Position numbers and translations under genes: made by a program. Source: an uncultured Candidatus Saccharibacteria bacterium (GTDB taxonomy: Bacteria > Patescibacteriota > Minisyncoccia > Phycocordibacterales > UBA12088). Taken from it: 64,000 bases of DNA. The notes below the pieces were generated by a model, which worked only from the letters and a program-made list of their open reading frames with translations, made no database searches and was not told where the DNA came from. Within the stretch, counting starts at the first letter, position 1; the number at the start of each line of letters is the position of its first letter. Positions 17,521-26,484 of the stretch are shown piece by piece. The stretch spans positions 38,937 to 102,936 of the forward strand of contig CAZLUD010000001.1 in the NCBI GenBank assembly GCA_964562615.1. The letters are read 5' to 3'.

Positions 17521-19920
17521 TTAGTTACGCTCCTGCTCTGCAATAATAGGTAATGTTTTAATTACGGTATCAGGAGAAAGTGAGACCGTATCAATCCCCT
17601 CAGTAACAAGAAACTTGGTAAAGTCAGGAAAATCAGATGGTGCTTGTCCACAAATGCCGACGTACTTACCTCGAGCTTTGCAAGCATGTATCACCATACG
17701 AATAAGTGATTTTACCGTGTCGTTATTTTCGTTTGCAATATGCGAAATAATGTCAGAGTCTCTATCCATACCAAGCGCAAGCTGGGTAAGGTCATTAGAA
17801 CCAATAGACATACCGTCGAATATATCAAGAAATGCATCTGCTTGAAGTACATTTGATGGTATTTCGCACATGACATACACCTCAAGATTTGATCCTTCTC
17901 CTCGCACAAGTCCCGCATCTGCCATTACCTGTAGCACTTCTTTGCCTTCTTGTGGTGTTCTGCAAAATGGAATCATTACCATGACATTAGATAAACCCAT
18001 TTTTTCTCGAACACGCTTTATTGCCTCGCACTCAAGCATAAATGCCGCACGAAACTTTTCGTCATAGTAACGGCTGGCACCACGCCAACCTATCATTGGA
18101 TTTTGTTCTTCTGGTTCGTAGAGTTCACCACCAAGAAGTGTGCGGTACTCGTTTGTCTTAAAGTCAGAGAATCTGATGATTACTTTGTGAGGATAAAATG
18201 CAGCACCGATTTTTGCTATACCTTCTGCAAGTTCACTTACATAATACTCTCGCTTGTCACGATAGCCTCTAGTTAAGAGGGTTATCTTTTCAACCAGTGC
18301 GGCATGCTTACTATTTGATGCAAGTGAATCAAAATTAATAAGCGCATTAGGGTGTACGCCAATGTGTGAGTTGATAATAAACTCAAGTCTACCCAACCCC
18401 ACGCCTTTGACTGGAAGATAATGATTTTTAAATGCCTCATCCGGTGAGCCGATATTTACCGTAACGGCAGTTCTCGTCTCTGGGATATTAGCAAGATTAT
18501 GCTCAAGTATTTCAAACGGAATCACTCCTTCGTATATCGCTCCCTCTTTACTATTTGAGCAATCAACAGTAACCATCATGCCCGTACGAAGAACGGTTGT
18601 TGCGTTTTCTGTACCAACAATACACGGAATACCAAGCTCGCGAGAAACAATAGCAGCATGTGATGTTCTGCCTCCTTTGTCGGTAACAATAGCGCTTGCT
18701 ATCTTCATGATAGGTTCCCAATCAGGATCAGTGATTTGTGTCACCAGTACCTCACCCTCTTCAAAAGAGTTAATTTCGCTTACATCTTTAATGACTCTCA
18801 CCTTACCAGTGGCAATCTTTGCACCGACTGAAGAGCCACTTGCAAGTAGTGTTCCTTTTTTTGAAAGACGATATTCTTTATACAACGTTTTGTCACTCAT
18901 TGAGTGAATAGTCTCTGGTCGCGCTTGCACAATAAACAGCTCCCCGGTCTTTCCATCTTTTGCCCACTCCATATCCATTGGTTGATAGTGTCCGTGGTAT
19001 GCAGAGAAGTGCTTTTCAATGATGAGCGCCCACTTTGCAAGGGTACGAATATCATCATCTGAAATTGCGTACGTGTCTCTATCGGGTTGTGGTACAGGCA
19101 CAATCACGCCTCCTGTATCGCCATACACCATTTTTACGTCCTTACTTCCCATGTCTTTGGCGATTATTCCGTCAAATCCCGCTTCAAGACTTGGTTTAAA
19201 TACAATAAAACTGTCTGGGGTTACCTTACCTTGTACTACCATCTCGCCAAGACCATACGAGGCGTCTATAACCACCACCTTATCAAAACCGGTCTCGGTA
19301 TCAATCGAAAACATAACACCACTTGCCCCTACATCACTGCGTACCATCTTTTGTACACCGACAGATAGCGATACGTCATCGTGTGCAAACCCTTTATCAA
19401 CACGATAGGATATTGCTCTATCAGTAAACAATGACGCAAAACATCGCTTGGTCTTATCTATAACATCCTCAGGTCCTACTACGTTAAGAAATGTTTCTTG
19501 TTGTCCGGCAAATGACGCGCCAGGAAGGTCTTCTGCGGTGGCACTTGAGCGTACTGCGACATCAGTATTCTTTCCGTACCGCTTGCATAGAGTTTCGTAT
19601 GCATCAGTAATGGCTTTTGCTAAGTCATCTGGAAATGATGCCGAGACAATAAGCGCTCTAATTTCTTTTCCACATCGCTGTAACTCGGGTACATTTCTTG
19701 TATCCAACCCCTTGAGTATGTCTTGTATTTTTTCTGTAAGACCTGCCTCTGAAATAAAGTAATCATATGCCTTTGCGGTTACCGCAAACCCATCTGGCAC
19801 CGACACGCCAAGTGGTATGAGATTTGCCACCATTTCTCCTAGCGCAGCGTTTTTACCACCAACGGCAGTTACATCTTTTATAGTAAGATCCTTAAACCAA
19901 ATGATGTGTTCAGATTCCAT
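17521..19920 (-). CDS. ppsA: Phosphoenolpyruvate synthase
   Basis: VGGKNAALGEM ATP-grasp N-domain, a central phosphohistidine domain (GGRTSHAAIVSRELGIPCIVG) and a C-terminal PEP-utilising TIM barrel. Confidence 0.85.
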   Translation of the reverse strand: MESEHIIWFKDLTIKDVTAVGGKNAALGEMVANLIPLGVSVPDGFAVTAKAYDYFISEAGLTEKIQDILKGLDTRNVPELQRCGKEIRALIVSASFPDDLAKAITDAYETLCKRYGKNTDVAVRSSATAEDLPGASFAGQQETFLNVVGPEDVIDKTKRCFASLFTDRAISYRVDKGFAHDDVSLSVGVQKMVRSDVGASGVMFSIDTETGFDKVVVIDASYGLGEMVVQGKVTPDSFIVFKPSLEAGFDGIIAKDMGSKDVKMVYGDTGGVIVPVPQPDRDTYAISDDDIRTLAKWALIIEKHFSAYHGHYQPMDMEWAKDGKTGELFIVQARPETIHSMSDKTLYKEYRLSKKGTLLASGSSVGAKIATGKVRVIKDVSEINSFEEGEVLVTQITDPDWEPIMKIASAIVTDKGGRTSHAAIVSRELGIPCIVGTENATTVLRTGMMVTVDCSNSKEGAIYEGVIPFEILEHNLANIPETRTAVTVNIGSPDEAFKNHYLPVKGVGLGRLEFIINSHIGVHPNALINFDSLASNSKHAALVEKITLLTRGYRDKREYYVSELAEGIAKIGAAFYPHKVIIRFSDFKTNEYRTLLGGELYEPEEQNPMIGWRGASRYYDEKFRAAFMLECEAIKRVREKMGLSNVMVMIPFCRTPQEGKEVLQVMADAGLVRGEGSNLEVYVMCEIPSNVLQADAFLDIFDGMSIGSNDLTQLALGMDRDSDIISHIANENNDTVKSLIRMVIHACKARGKYVGICGQAPSDFPDFTKFLVTEGIDTVSLSPDTVIKTLPIIAEQERN

Positions 19921-21238
19921 AATGTGATTTTATTGCAATAACAACGTCCGCTGTATTACTGCCAGTATAGCCCGTATCGACATAATCCCCAATCTGTTTA
20001 TATGCAGTATATGAATTATTATCTTCAAGCATAGCGGCAATTGATACACCGGCATGCACGGCGGTATCTTTTGCGAGTGTATCCGCAATTGCTCCAGCAA
20101 CGGGTGAATTATCCTTCCCATCCGTAGCACACGCAAGAATGGTTTCTCCATCTCGAATATGCATAAGTGCAGCAAGTGCTAATTCTTGGTTGCGACCACC
20201 ACTGCCTGTGCCGTTTATTGTTACCGTTGATTCTCCACCAAACAAAAGTATATGTTTGGGCTTTGTACTATGGAGTCTCTCTGCTATTGCTTTACCCACA
20301 TCACGCGCCTCACCATATAAACAATGCGTACAAATCTCTGCCGTGTATCCAAGTTCGTGCGCACGCGCCGCCATCGCGCGCAACAACACGGTATTTGACA
20401 CCACCAGCAAGTGCTCCGCCTTTTCAAAGTACTTTTCTTCCTTTGGGGTATCGACAAGATTTACATATGCAACGTTGCAAGCCTCTTGTAGGTTATACTT
20501 TTCAAATATTCGTGCAGCGTCTTCTTTGGTGGTGGTATCACGCAGCGTAGGGCCAGAGGCAATACATGAGAGCTCATCACCCACCACATCAGAAAAAATA
20601 AGTGAGAGTGAACGGGCGGGATATGCCGCCTTAGCAAGGTTACCGCCCCGAACAAGTGATAAATGTTTTCGTACAGTGTTTAACTCCTGAATAGTAGCGC
20701 CTGCCTTAAAAAGCTCTTCCACCACCACTCGCTCGTCTTCGCATGTATGATTTTCAGGGTGACACAAGAGGGTTGATGCGCCGCCTGATATAATAAACAA
20801 CACCAGATCATCCTCATTTGTTTCTTCTAAGAGAGATATTATTTCTTTTGAATACTCAATATTTTGCGTAGAAGGATAGGGGTGTGTACCCACCCTAAGG
20901 GCAATAGTATGAAGACCTGCTGGCTCATCCCGCACATCTACAGCAATACCCTTATGTATATTTTTGCCAAATATGCGCTCAAGCGAGAGAGATGCATCAA
21001 TAGAACATTTACCTATTGCAACAACAAATAGTCGTTTATACGACTCATGCGCAATCATGATTTTTTTATTGTCACAACCAGTACATACAATATGATCACG
21101 CTCGATTGTTATAGCGCGATCAATCACCTCTTTGGTAGCAATTGCAGTAAGCCCCGCCTCAAGCAGTGCAAGTGCTACGGCACGCTCTGGTGTACGCGAA
21201 AGCTGCTTTGTATTTTTTACAAACAGTCTGTTACTCAC
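19910..21238 (-). CDS. Glycerate 2-kinase (MOFRL/GckA-TtuD family)
   Basis: DUF4147-like N-domain plus a MOFRL C-domain with TGSGGRNQELALAA. Confidence 0.7.
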   Translation of the reverse strand: MSNRLFVKNTKQLSRTPERAVALALLEAGLTAIATKEVIDRAITIERDHIVCTGCDNKKIMIAHESYKRLFVVAIGKCSIDASLSLERIFGKNIHKGIAVDVRDEPAGLHTIALRVGTHPYPSTQNIEYSKEIISLLEETNEDDLVLFIISGGASTLLCHPENHTCEDERVVVEELFKAGATIQELNTVRKHLSLVRGGNLAKAAYPARSLSLIFSDVVGDELSCIASGPTLRDTTTKEDAARIFEKYNLQEACNVAYVNLVDTPKEEKYFEKAEHLLVVSNTVLLRAMAARAHELGYTAEICTHCLYGEARDVGKAIAERLHSTKPKHILLFGGESTVTINGTGSGGRNQELALAALMHIRDGETILACATDGKDNSPVAGAIADTLAKDTAVHAGVSIAAMLEDNNSYTAYKQIGDYVDTGYTGSNTADVVIAIKSHYGI

Positions 21239-21288
21239 CTATACATACTACATCATGTACAGCCTACCGCTTATACATGTTATCTACA

Positions 21289-22497
21289 TCAGATAGCAAG
21301 TGAGGGGTCACATGCCGTCATGTCAGTTGCACTGCTATCACATACCGCTCCTACCTCCTTTGCGGTGTCAGACTGTTCTTGTAATAGAGCAGCGCCAAGT
21401 ACGTAATACAAGCCAAACAGTACAAGCACGATACCCGCAACCAGTGTTGACCACTTCACAAATCTGGTTGACGTCGCCCACACCTTCATTGAAACAACCG
21501 CGATAGCAAATACCACGATTTCATCCAACATATAAAAGAACATAAAAACAGCAATCGAGCTTAGATAACCAAATGTAGAAAGTTCGAGCGTAGAGAGAAA
21601 TCCAGCAAACGTTACCGGTATTGCCGCAGAACAAGGAAATTCAACCACGGTTATCACACCAGCAAAGACCATCACCGCGCCTAGTGTTGCCATAATCCCC
21701 TTCCCAGCAAACGCCTTTTCGAGTAACGCAGAAGTACTCGAGACCACCATACCTGTACCCGCATCGCACGTAAGACCTTGAGTACGAAAACGATAGTATT
21801 CGTGCAAAAAATACACACCTCCCGCAAATGAAATGGCACCTACTACAAGTTCAAGCGCGCCTACATATGGACCAATGGCAGTAAAGAGCGTATGCCACAG
21901 TACGATAAGCAATCCGTAGGTAAATGCAGTAATAGCAATAAATAATCCGCCATATAGTACTACCAACTTTCTTTCACGCAGCTTGAGTACCATACCAAGC
22001 ACCAACATAAGCGCTCCTAGTGAACACACATTAAATCCATCAAGGACGCCAAGGAGTGCTGAAAGTGTAGGCACTGAATACGAGGTTGGATCCACAGAAC
22101 CTATAAACGGAAGCGTAAAGACGTTTGGTACCGCTGCCTCTATATTCATTAGTTTGTTATAGATACGCTCCTTAACGCCCGCATCAAAGCCCACAAAATA
22201 ACTACCATCGTAAAAGATGAGCGGTACAAGACCCCGATAGCGTTGCGCCTCAGGATACTCTTGTAGTACCTCATTTAGTACCACAATGTTTTGTGCCTGT
22301 GTAATATCAAATCGCTTCACCACTAGCTCTGGTACTTCTAGATGCATCTCATCCAAAAATTGCTGAGCCGCCTGACAGTGTGGACAGGTTGGTGAATAAA
22401 AAATCAAAAGAGGTTCAGTGACTCCCTCGCTTGCCATTACTACAGAGAGCGGAGAAAACGACACCAACAATGACAGTATAAAATATAGTATTTTCAT
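21289..22497 (-). CDS. Thioredoxin-like domain fused to a CcdA/DsbD-family transmembrane thiol-disulfide transporter
   Basis: Signal peptide, CPHC-containing Trx-like domain, then a multi-transmembrane CcdA-like domain with conserved Cys residues in the membrane helices. Confidence 0.7.
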   Translation of the reverse strand: MKILYFILSLLVSFSPLSVVMASEGVTEPLLIFYSPTCPHCQAAQQFLDEMHLEVPELVVKRFDITQAQNIVVLNEVLQEYPEAQRYRGLVPLIFYDGSYFVGFDAGVKERIYNKLMNIEAAVPNVFTLPFIGSVDPTSYSVPTLSALLGVLDGFNVCSLGALMLVLGMVLKLRERKLVVLYGGLFIAITAFTYGLLIVLWHTLFTAIGPYVGALELVVGAISFAGGVYFLHEYYRFRTQGLTCDAGTGMVVSSTSALLEKAFAGKGIMATLGAVMVFAGVITVVEFPCSAAIPVTFAGFLSTLELSTFGYLSSIAVFMFFYMLDEIVVFAIAVVSMKVWATSTRFVKWSTLVAGIVLVLFGLYYVLGAALLQEQSDTAKEVGAVCDSSATDMTACDPSLAI

Positions 22498-22503
22498 GTA
22501 GCA

Positions 22504-22944
22504 CTATGATACTTCACTGAGCCAACGTTTAGCCTTTTGCACGTCGGTAAACCATTTGATCTTATCATCACCAACACGCACTAAAGAGAGCACATGAAGC
22601 ACTCCGAGCGCTAAACTTTCTATATGTGATGAGGAACCTAGTACCGCAACTCTTTTTAATTGTGGTTGATTGAGTATTCGTGCGTATATTTCTTTAGTTA
22701 GAGGTGTGAGCACTTCTGTTGCACTGTCACCAAATTGTATTAAATCTACAATAGCGGTATACGACTTCTCTGGACTCATTCGTAAAATCTTTCTAAAGTC
22801 ATCCTCTATAAGCTCAGCGGTTCTCGCATTATCCTCCTCATGTGGTTCATTCCAAAAAAATATGAGCACAAGGAGATTCGACTCAGGATTGTTCTCTGAA
22901 TGAAATAACCTATAGCCCTCCCTAAGGAGTTCATCTGTCTTCAT
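22504..22944 (-). CDS. Hypothetical protein, possibly STAS/SpoIIAA-like fold
   Basis: Weak pattern only (…RVAVLGSSS…KIKWFTDVQKAKRWL). No firm motif. Confidence 0.3.
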   Translation of the reverse strand: MKTDELLREGYRLFHSENNPESNLLVLIFFWNEPHEEDNARTAELIEDDFRKILRMSPEKSYTAIVDLIQFGDSATEVLTPLTKEIYARILNQPQLKRVAVLGSSSHIESLALGVLHVLSLVRVGDDKIKWFTDVQKAKRWLSEVS

Positions 22945-22980
22945 ACCAACAGTATAAATTAAATTACCCTACCCGTTAAG

Positions 22981-23223
22981 CTAGTACCGCTTAAGCAGCA
23001 AAATAAACATGAGCGCCGCCGCGCCGAGTGATACCAGATTAACTGCAAAATTATAGGTCAGTACGCCAAAGCTAGCTTCATTAAGCAACAACATGAGGAC
23101 GCCTGCACCAAAAAGGGCTGCAAATGAGGGGCGGATGTCGTTTCCGTACTTATACAACGAGTACACCTGAACTACCCACGCAAGCATGATAAGAAGCAAC
23201 CCACCGGAAACAAGATCAATCAT
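22981..23223 (-). CDS. Small hydrophobic membrane protein (80 aa)
   Basis: Two predicted transmembrane helices; ORF track. Confidence 0.35.
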   Translation of the reverse strand: MIDLVSGGLLLIMLAWVVQVYSLYKYGNDIRPSFAALFGAGVLMLLLNEASFGVLTYNFAVNLVSLGAAALMFILLLKRY

Positions 23224-23432
23224 GAATGACGTTCAATGGAGATAAAGTACCCCATGCAAATACCCATTACTGAAAGTGATCCAACCATAAACGGCAACAG
23301 TGGCGCGTGTTCACTAGCAAACAACAACACGACCGCAGTAAGTCCAACGGAGATAGCTGCGATAGAAACAGCAATAGTCACAAATGGGTTATCACGAGTT
23401 TCCTTTTTTTGTACTTGTCTTGGCATATACAA
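23220..23432 (-). CDS. Small hydrophobic membrane protein (70 aa)
   Basis: Two predicted transmembrane helices; overlaps the downstream gene by 4 nt. Confidence 0.35.
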   Translation of the reverse strand: MYMPRQVQKKETRDNPFVTIAVSIAAISVGLTAVVLLFASEHAPLLPFMVGSLSVMGICMGYFISIERHS

Positions 23433-23634
23433 ACATTACTTATTGTTTGTAGTATACCGCACATTGCAAGGTTGCGATGAAAGTAATCCACACATCACCA
23501 CACTGAGTGTTTGTTATCCAAAGATAAGAGTAAACACCGTCGCAATGATACCTAGTGACACCCCAAGTGAAAGACCAAAAAACCACTCGATACCATGCTT
23601 GTCTAAATTAAATCTTCGTTCAACTTCTCGTTCA

Positions 23635-25692
23635 CTAATTAAATAAAGCCTTGAGTATTCTTCTTGTAGTGTTTGTAAGGCGTCGCGACTCATACGCTCT
23701 ACAGAGGGATAGTATTGCGCGTGCAGGGATAGGATACGGGTACGTAGTGTCAAGTAAATCTTTGACTGTAAGACCTTTTGCAGTTGCGAGTATAAGTTCT
23801 CGTACAAGCTCACCAGCATAGTCGCTGACAAGCGTACCACCGTAGATTTCTCCATTTTTACCAATATAAAGCGAAATGTATCCATGGGTAGCGTGTTCTA
23901 TTATAGACCTATCGTCATCACGTAATGAAAATACTTCTTTAGTATAAAATTGCTTTCGTTCTTTGAGTTGATTCTCTTGTAATCCAAATGTCGCGAGTGC
24001 TGGAGATGTATACATCACATTTGCAAATGTGTCAAGAGATACCTTCTTCCACAATGGTCGTGGTGCAAAGAACGTACGCAACACCACTGCCGCATGGAGC
24101 TCGGTAAGGTGGGTAAACTGTGCCCCACCCGCTGCATCGCCAACCACATACACATGCTTGTTTGACGTGCGCATAAACTCATCATGAGTAATCCTATTAC
24201 CCGAGTAAGTAATGCCTGCTTTCTCTAGCAACAAACCCTCAACAGACAGTTCTCTACCGATTGCAACCAATACCTTGTCCGCTTTAATGCGCGTCGTTGA
24301 CGAACCAGAAGTCACAAATACTTCATGAGGAGTAATTTCAGTGACCGTGCTGTCCATGTAAAAATCAATCCCCTCTTTGGTCATTGTCGTATACAGCACC
24401 TCTCCCGCCTCCCTTTCATACATAGGAAGAAGGCTTCCTGTATTATTGACTATTGTTACCTTACTCCCTAAGCGTGCAAATGCCTGACCGAGCTCAAGCC
24501 CAATAGGACCAGCTCCAATTACCACCAAATTGGTAGGAAGATCATCTAAGGCAAATACTTCAGTGTTATATAGCACATGCGGAAGTGTCGCACCCGAAAC
24601 AGAGAGTTTTCGTGGCGAGCTACCTGTAGCTATCACTATTTTTCTTCCAGAATATATTTTTCCTTCTACGGACACTGAGTGTGAACCAGCAAAACACGCC
24701 GATCCTATAACAACCTCATGCCCAAGTGATCTAAGATATTCTGCGCTTTCTTTTTCTCTAAAAACTTCTTGTGCTTGTGTAAGCAACTCGCGCACCTTTT
24801 TTAATGACACCACACCCTTTGTGGTAATACCAAACTCTGAGAGTCCGCGAGCGGCATGAACTTGATTTGCAATATGTAGTAGTCCTTTACTTGGCACGCA
24901 TCCACTATTGAGACAATCACCGCCGATATTACCTTCATCCTTCTCAATAATAAGAGTTTTGCACCCCACTCTTCGCAAAAATCCAGCAATGTTAAGACCA
25001 CCAGCACCAGCGCCAATGACTATGACATCAAAATCATATGATGACCTATCCAGTATTCGTGGCAACAACGACGAAACAATAAAAAGGAGCACAAACCATA
25101 GCGCGGCAATCACCACACCAAGCACGGTCGGCATGGCAATTACATTACCAAAATACACATACGCAAACGTACCAGGGATAATACCTACCACGGTACCAAT
25201 CACGTAATCTTTTGCGCGCACTTGTGTAAGTCCAAGGACAAAATTAAGCGCATTAAATGGAAACAGCGGTACAAGACGCAAAAATAGCATGGTAATAAGT
25301 CCGTGCTGTTCTAGCTTTTTGTCGTACTCATATATGGTACGTGCATAGGTGTGAAGTACGGCATCAACTGCCTCTTTTCCAAAAAAGCGGGACAGTATGA
25401 ACGCAAGAAACGCCCCGACACTTGCCCCAACCACAACAACTGCGGTACCCGTAAACGTACCAAACAATACCCCCGCAAGTATGGTAAAAGGTGTCCCCGG
25501 AAGAAATAGCACCGTAGCTAAAGCATACAGCGCAGCAAACAGTATCAATGATTGTGCGGTTGGTTGTGCTGAAAGAAAACTCCTTAGTGCGTCAGGAGAG
25601 AGCACATCAAACAACATATAGTGATGCGATAGATACCCAATCACCATCACTACTATAAGCAATGCTGCTATCTTTAATAATGAAGCGCTCAT
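23635..25692 (-). CDS. DedA/TVP38 membrane domain fused to an FAD-dependent pyridine nucleotide-disulfide oxidoreductase (lipoamide/mercuric-reductase-like)
   Basis: N-terminal ~200 aa polytopic DedA-like region. Then VIVIGAGAGG FAD-binding fold, redox-active GGDCLNSGCVPSK, a second Rossmann fold (VVIGAGPIGLE) and a dimerisation domain. Confidence 0.75.
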   Translation of the reverse strand: MSASLLKIAALLIVVMVIGYLSHHYMLFDVLSPDALRSFLSAQPTAQSLILFAALYALATVLFLPGTPFTILAGVLFGTFTGTAVVVVGASVGAFLAFILSRFFGKEAVDAVLHTYARTIYEYDKKLEQHGLITMLFLRLVPLFPFNALNFVLGLTQVRAKDYVIGTVVGIIPGTFAYVYFGNVIAMPTVLGVVIAALWFVLLFIVSSLLPRILDRSSYDFDVIVIGAGAGGLNIAGFLRRVGCKTLIIEKDEGNIGGDCLNSGCVPSKGLLHIANQVHAARGLSEFGITTKGVVSLKKVRELLTQAQEVFREKESAEYLRSLGHEVVIGSACFAGSHSVSVEGKIYSGRKIVIATGSSPRKLSVSGATLPHVLYNTEVFALDDLPTNLVVIGAGPIGLELGQAFARLGSKVTIVNNTGSLLPMYEREAGEVLYTTMTKEGIDFYMDSTVTEITPHEVFVTSGSSTTRIKADKVLVAIGRELSVEGLLLEKAGITYSGNRITHDEFMRTSNKHVYVVGDAAGGAQFTHLTELHAAVVLRTFFAPRPLWKKVSLDTFANVMYTSPALATFGLQENQLKERKQFYTKEVFSLRDDDRSIIEHATHGYISLYIGKNGEIYGGTLVSDYAGELVRELILATAKGLTVKDLLDTTYPYPIPARAILSLCRAYESRRLTNTTRRILKALFN

Positions 25693-25693
25693 A

Positions 25694-25972
25694 CTAATTA
25701 AGTAGATACATGCCTACTGCCTCGATAGCAACCTCACCAAAATAGATGTTGTATACCACCACCGCAAGTAGTAGCAATAAGGTAAACGCAAGTACGATTT
25801 TTGTTTTATCCTCCACCCCATAAGTATCCCACACATAGTATCTATAAGAAAATTGGAGATGCTTATTCAGCACCTCCAAGATGCCACAATGGCATTTACA
25901 GCACGGTGACCGTGTGGTCAGGCAATCTAACTCCATCTTGATTTTTTCCTCCAACATGATGGAGGATCCCAT
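25694..25972 (-). CDS. Small Cys-rich membrane protein (CLTTRSPCCKCHC plus one transmembrane helix), tightly coupled to the DedA-reductase gene
   Basis: Its stop is 2 nt before the downstream start. Five Cys in 12 residues, followed by a hydrophobic helix. The N-terminal 77 nt overlap another ORF; the true start may be MELDC at 25936. Confidence 0.35.
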   Translation of the reverse strand: MGSSIMLEEKIKMELDCLTTRSPCCKCHCGILEVLNKHLQFSYRYYVWDTYGVEDKTKIVLAFTLLLLLAVVVYNIYFGEVAIEAVGMYLLN

Positions 25973-26432
25973 GCACTATTACTGCTGGGAATCTTTTTTT
26001 TGCTTGCCTAATAGCATCACGAAGGTGCCTCTCGGCATCTTCGCATCCATCAAGGCAAGGAGTATGTGCACTTAAGACAAGCACCGTAGGACTGCTGTTA
26101 ATTACTGCAAATGCAAATCCTACCATTTTCCACTGTTTTTCTATATCTACAGTTTCTCGAGAAAAATTTCCCGCTCTTACTAAAGACAACGCCCTGCCGG
26201 GTATGACGATTTTTGTCATCGGGACATGATTACCTTCCCTTAGACCGAGGATTTTGTTAACTTTTTTCGCCATCCATCTCGAATGAAGTGGATCGAAACA
26301 ACCTACCGTTACTACCTGTTTAATGTATGTTTGCTCATGCACCCCACCAAAACTTATTTGGCCTAATGTAGGAGAAAACATACCACCCTGTACAAGACTC
26401 GTCTGGTTCTCCTTTGTGACCCCGAAAGGCAA
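25896..26432 (-). CDS. Hypothetical 178 aa protein (TTG start in the ORF track; internal ATG starts possible)
   Basis: Long ORF with no family recognised (VGFAFAVINSS…LSAHTPCLDGCED…VIVHGILHHVGG). Overlaps the small Cys-rich ORF in another frame. Confidence 0.3.
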   Translation of the reverse strand: MPFGVTKENQTSLVQGGMFSPTLGQISFGGVHEQTYIKQVVTVGCFDPLHSRWMAKKVNKILGLREGNHVPMTKIVIPGRALSLVRAGNFSRETVDIEKQWKMVGFAFAVINSSPTVLVLSAHTPCLDGCEDAERHLRDAIRQAKKRFPAVIVHGILHHVGGKNQDGVRLPDHTVTVL

Positions 26433-26484
26433 TACTCCTCTGTCAGGAGGTTGTCTATAGAGTTATCAACATGTCATTTTTTGA

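Noticed and set aside
25881-26075. Plus-strand ORF 25881..26075
   Set aside because: Antisense to two minus-strand ORFs in a tightly packed region, with no RBS.
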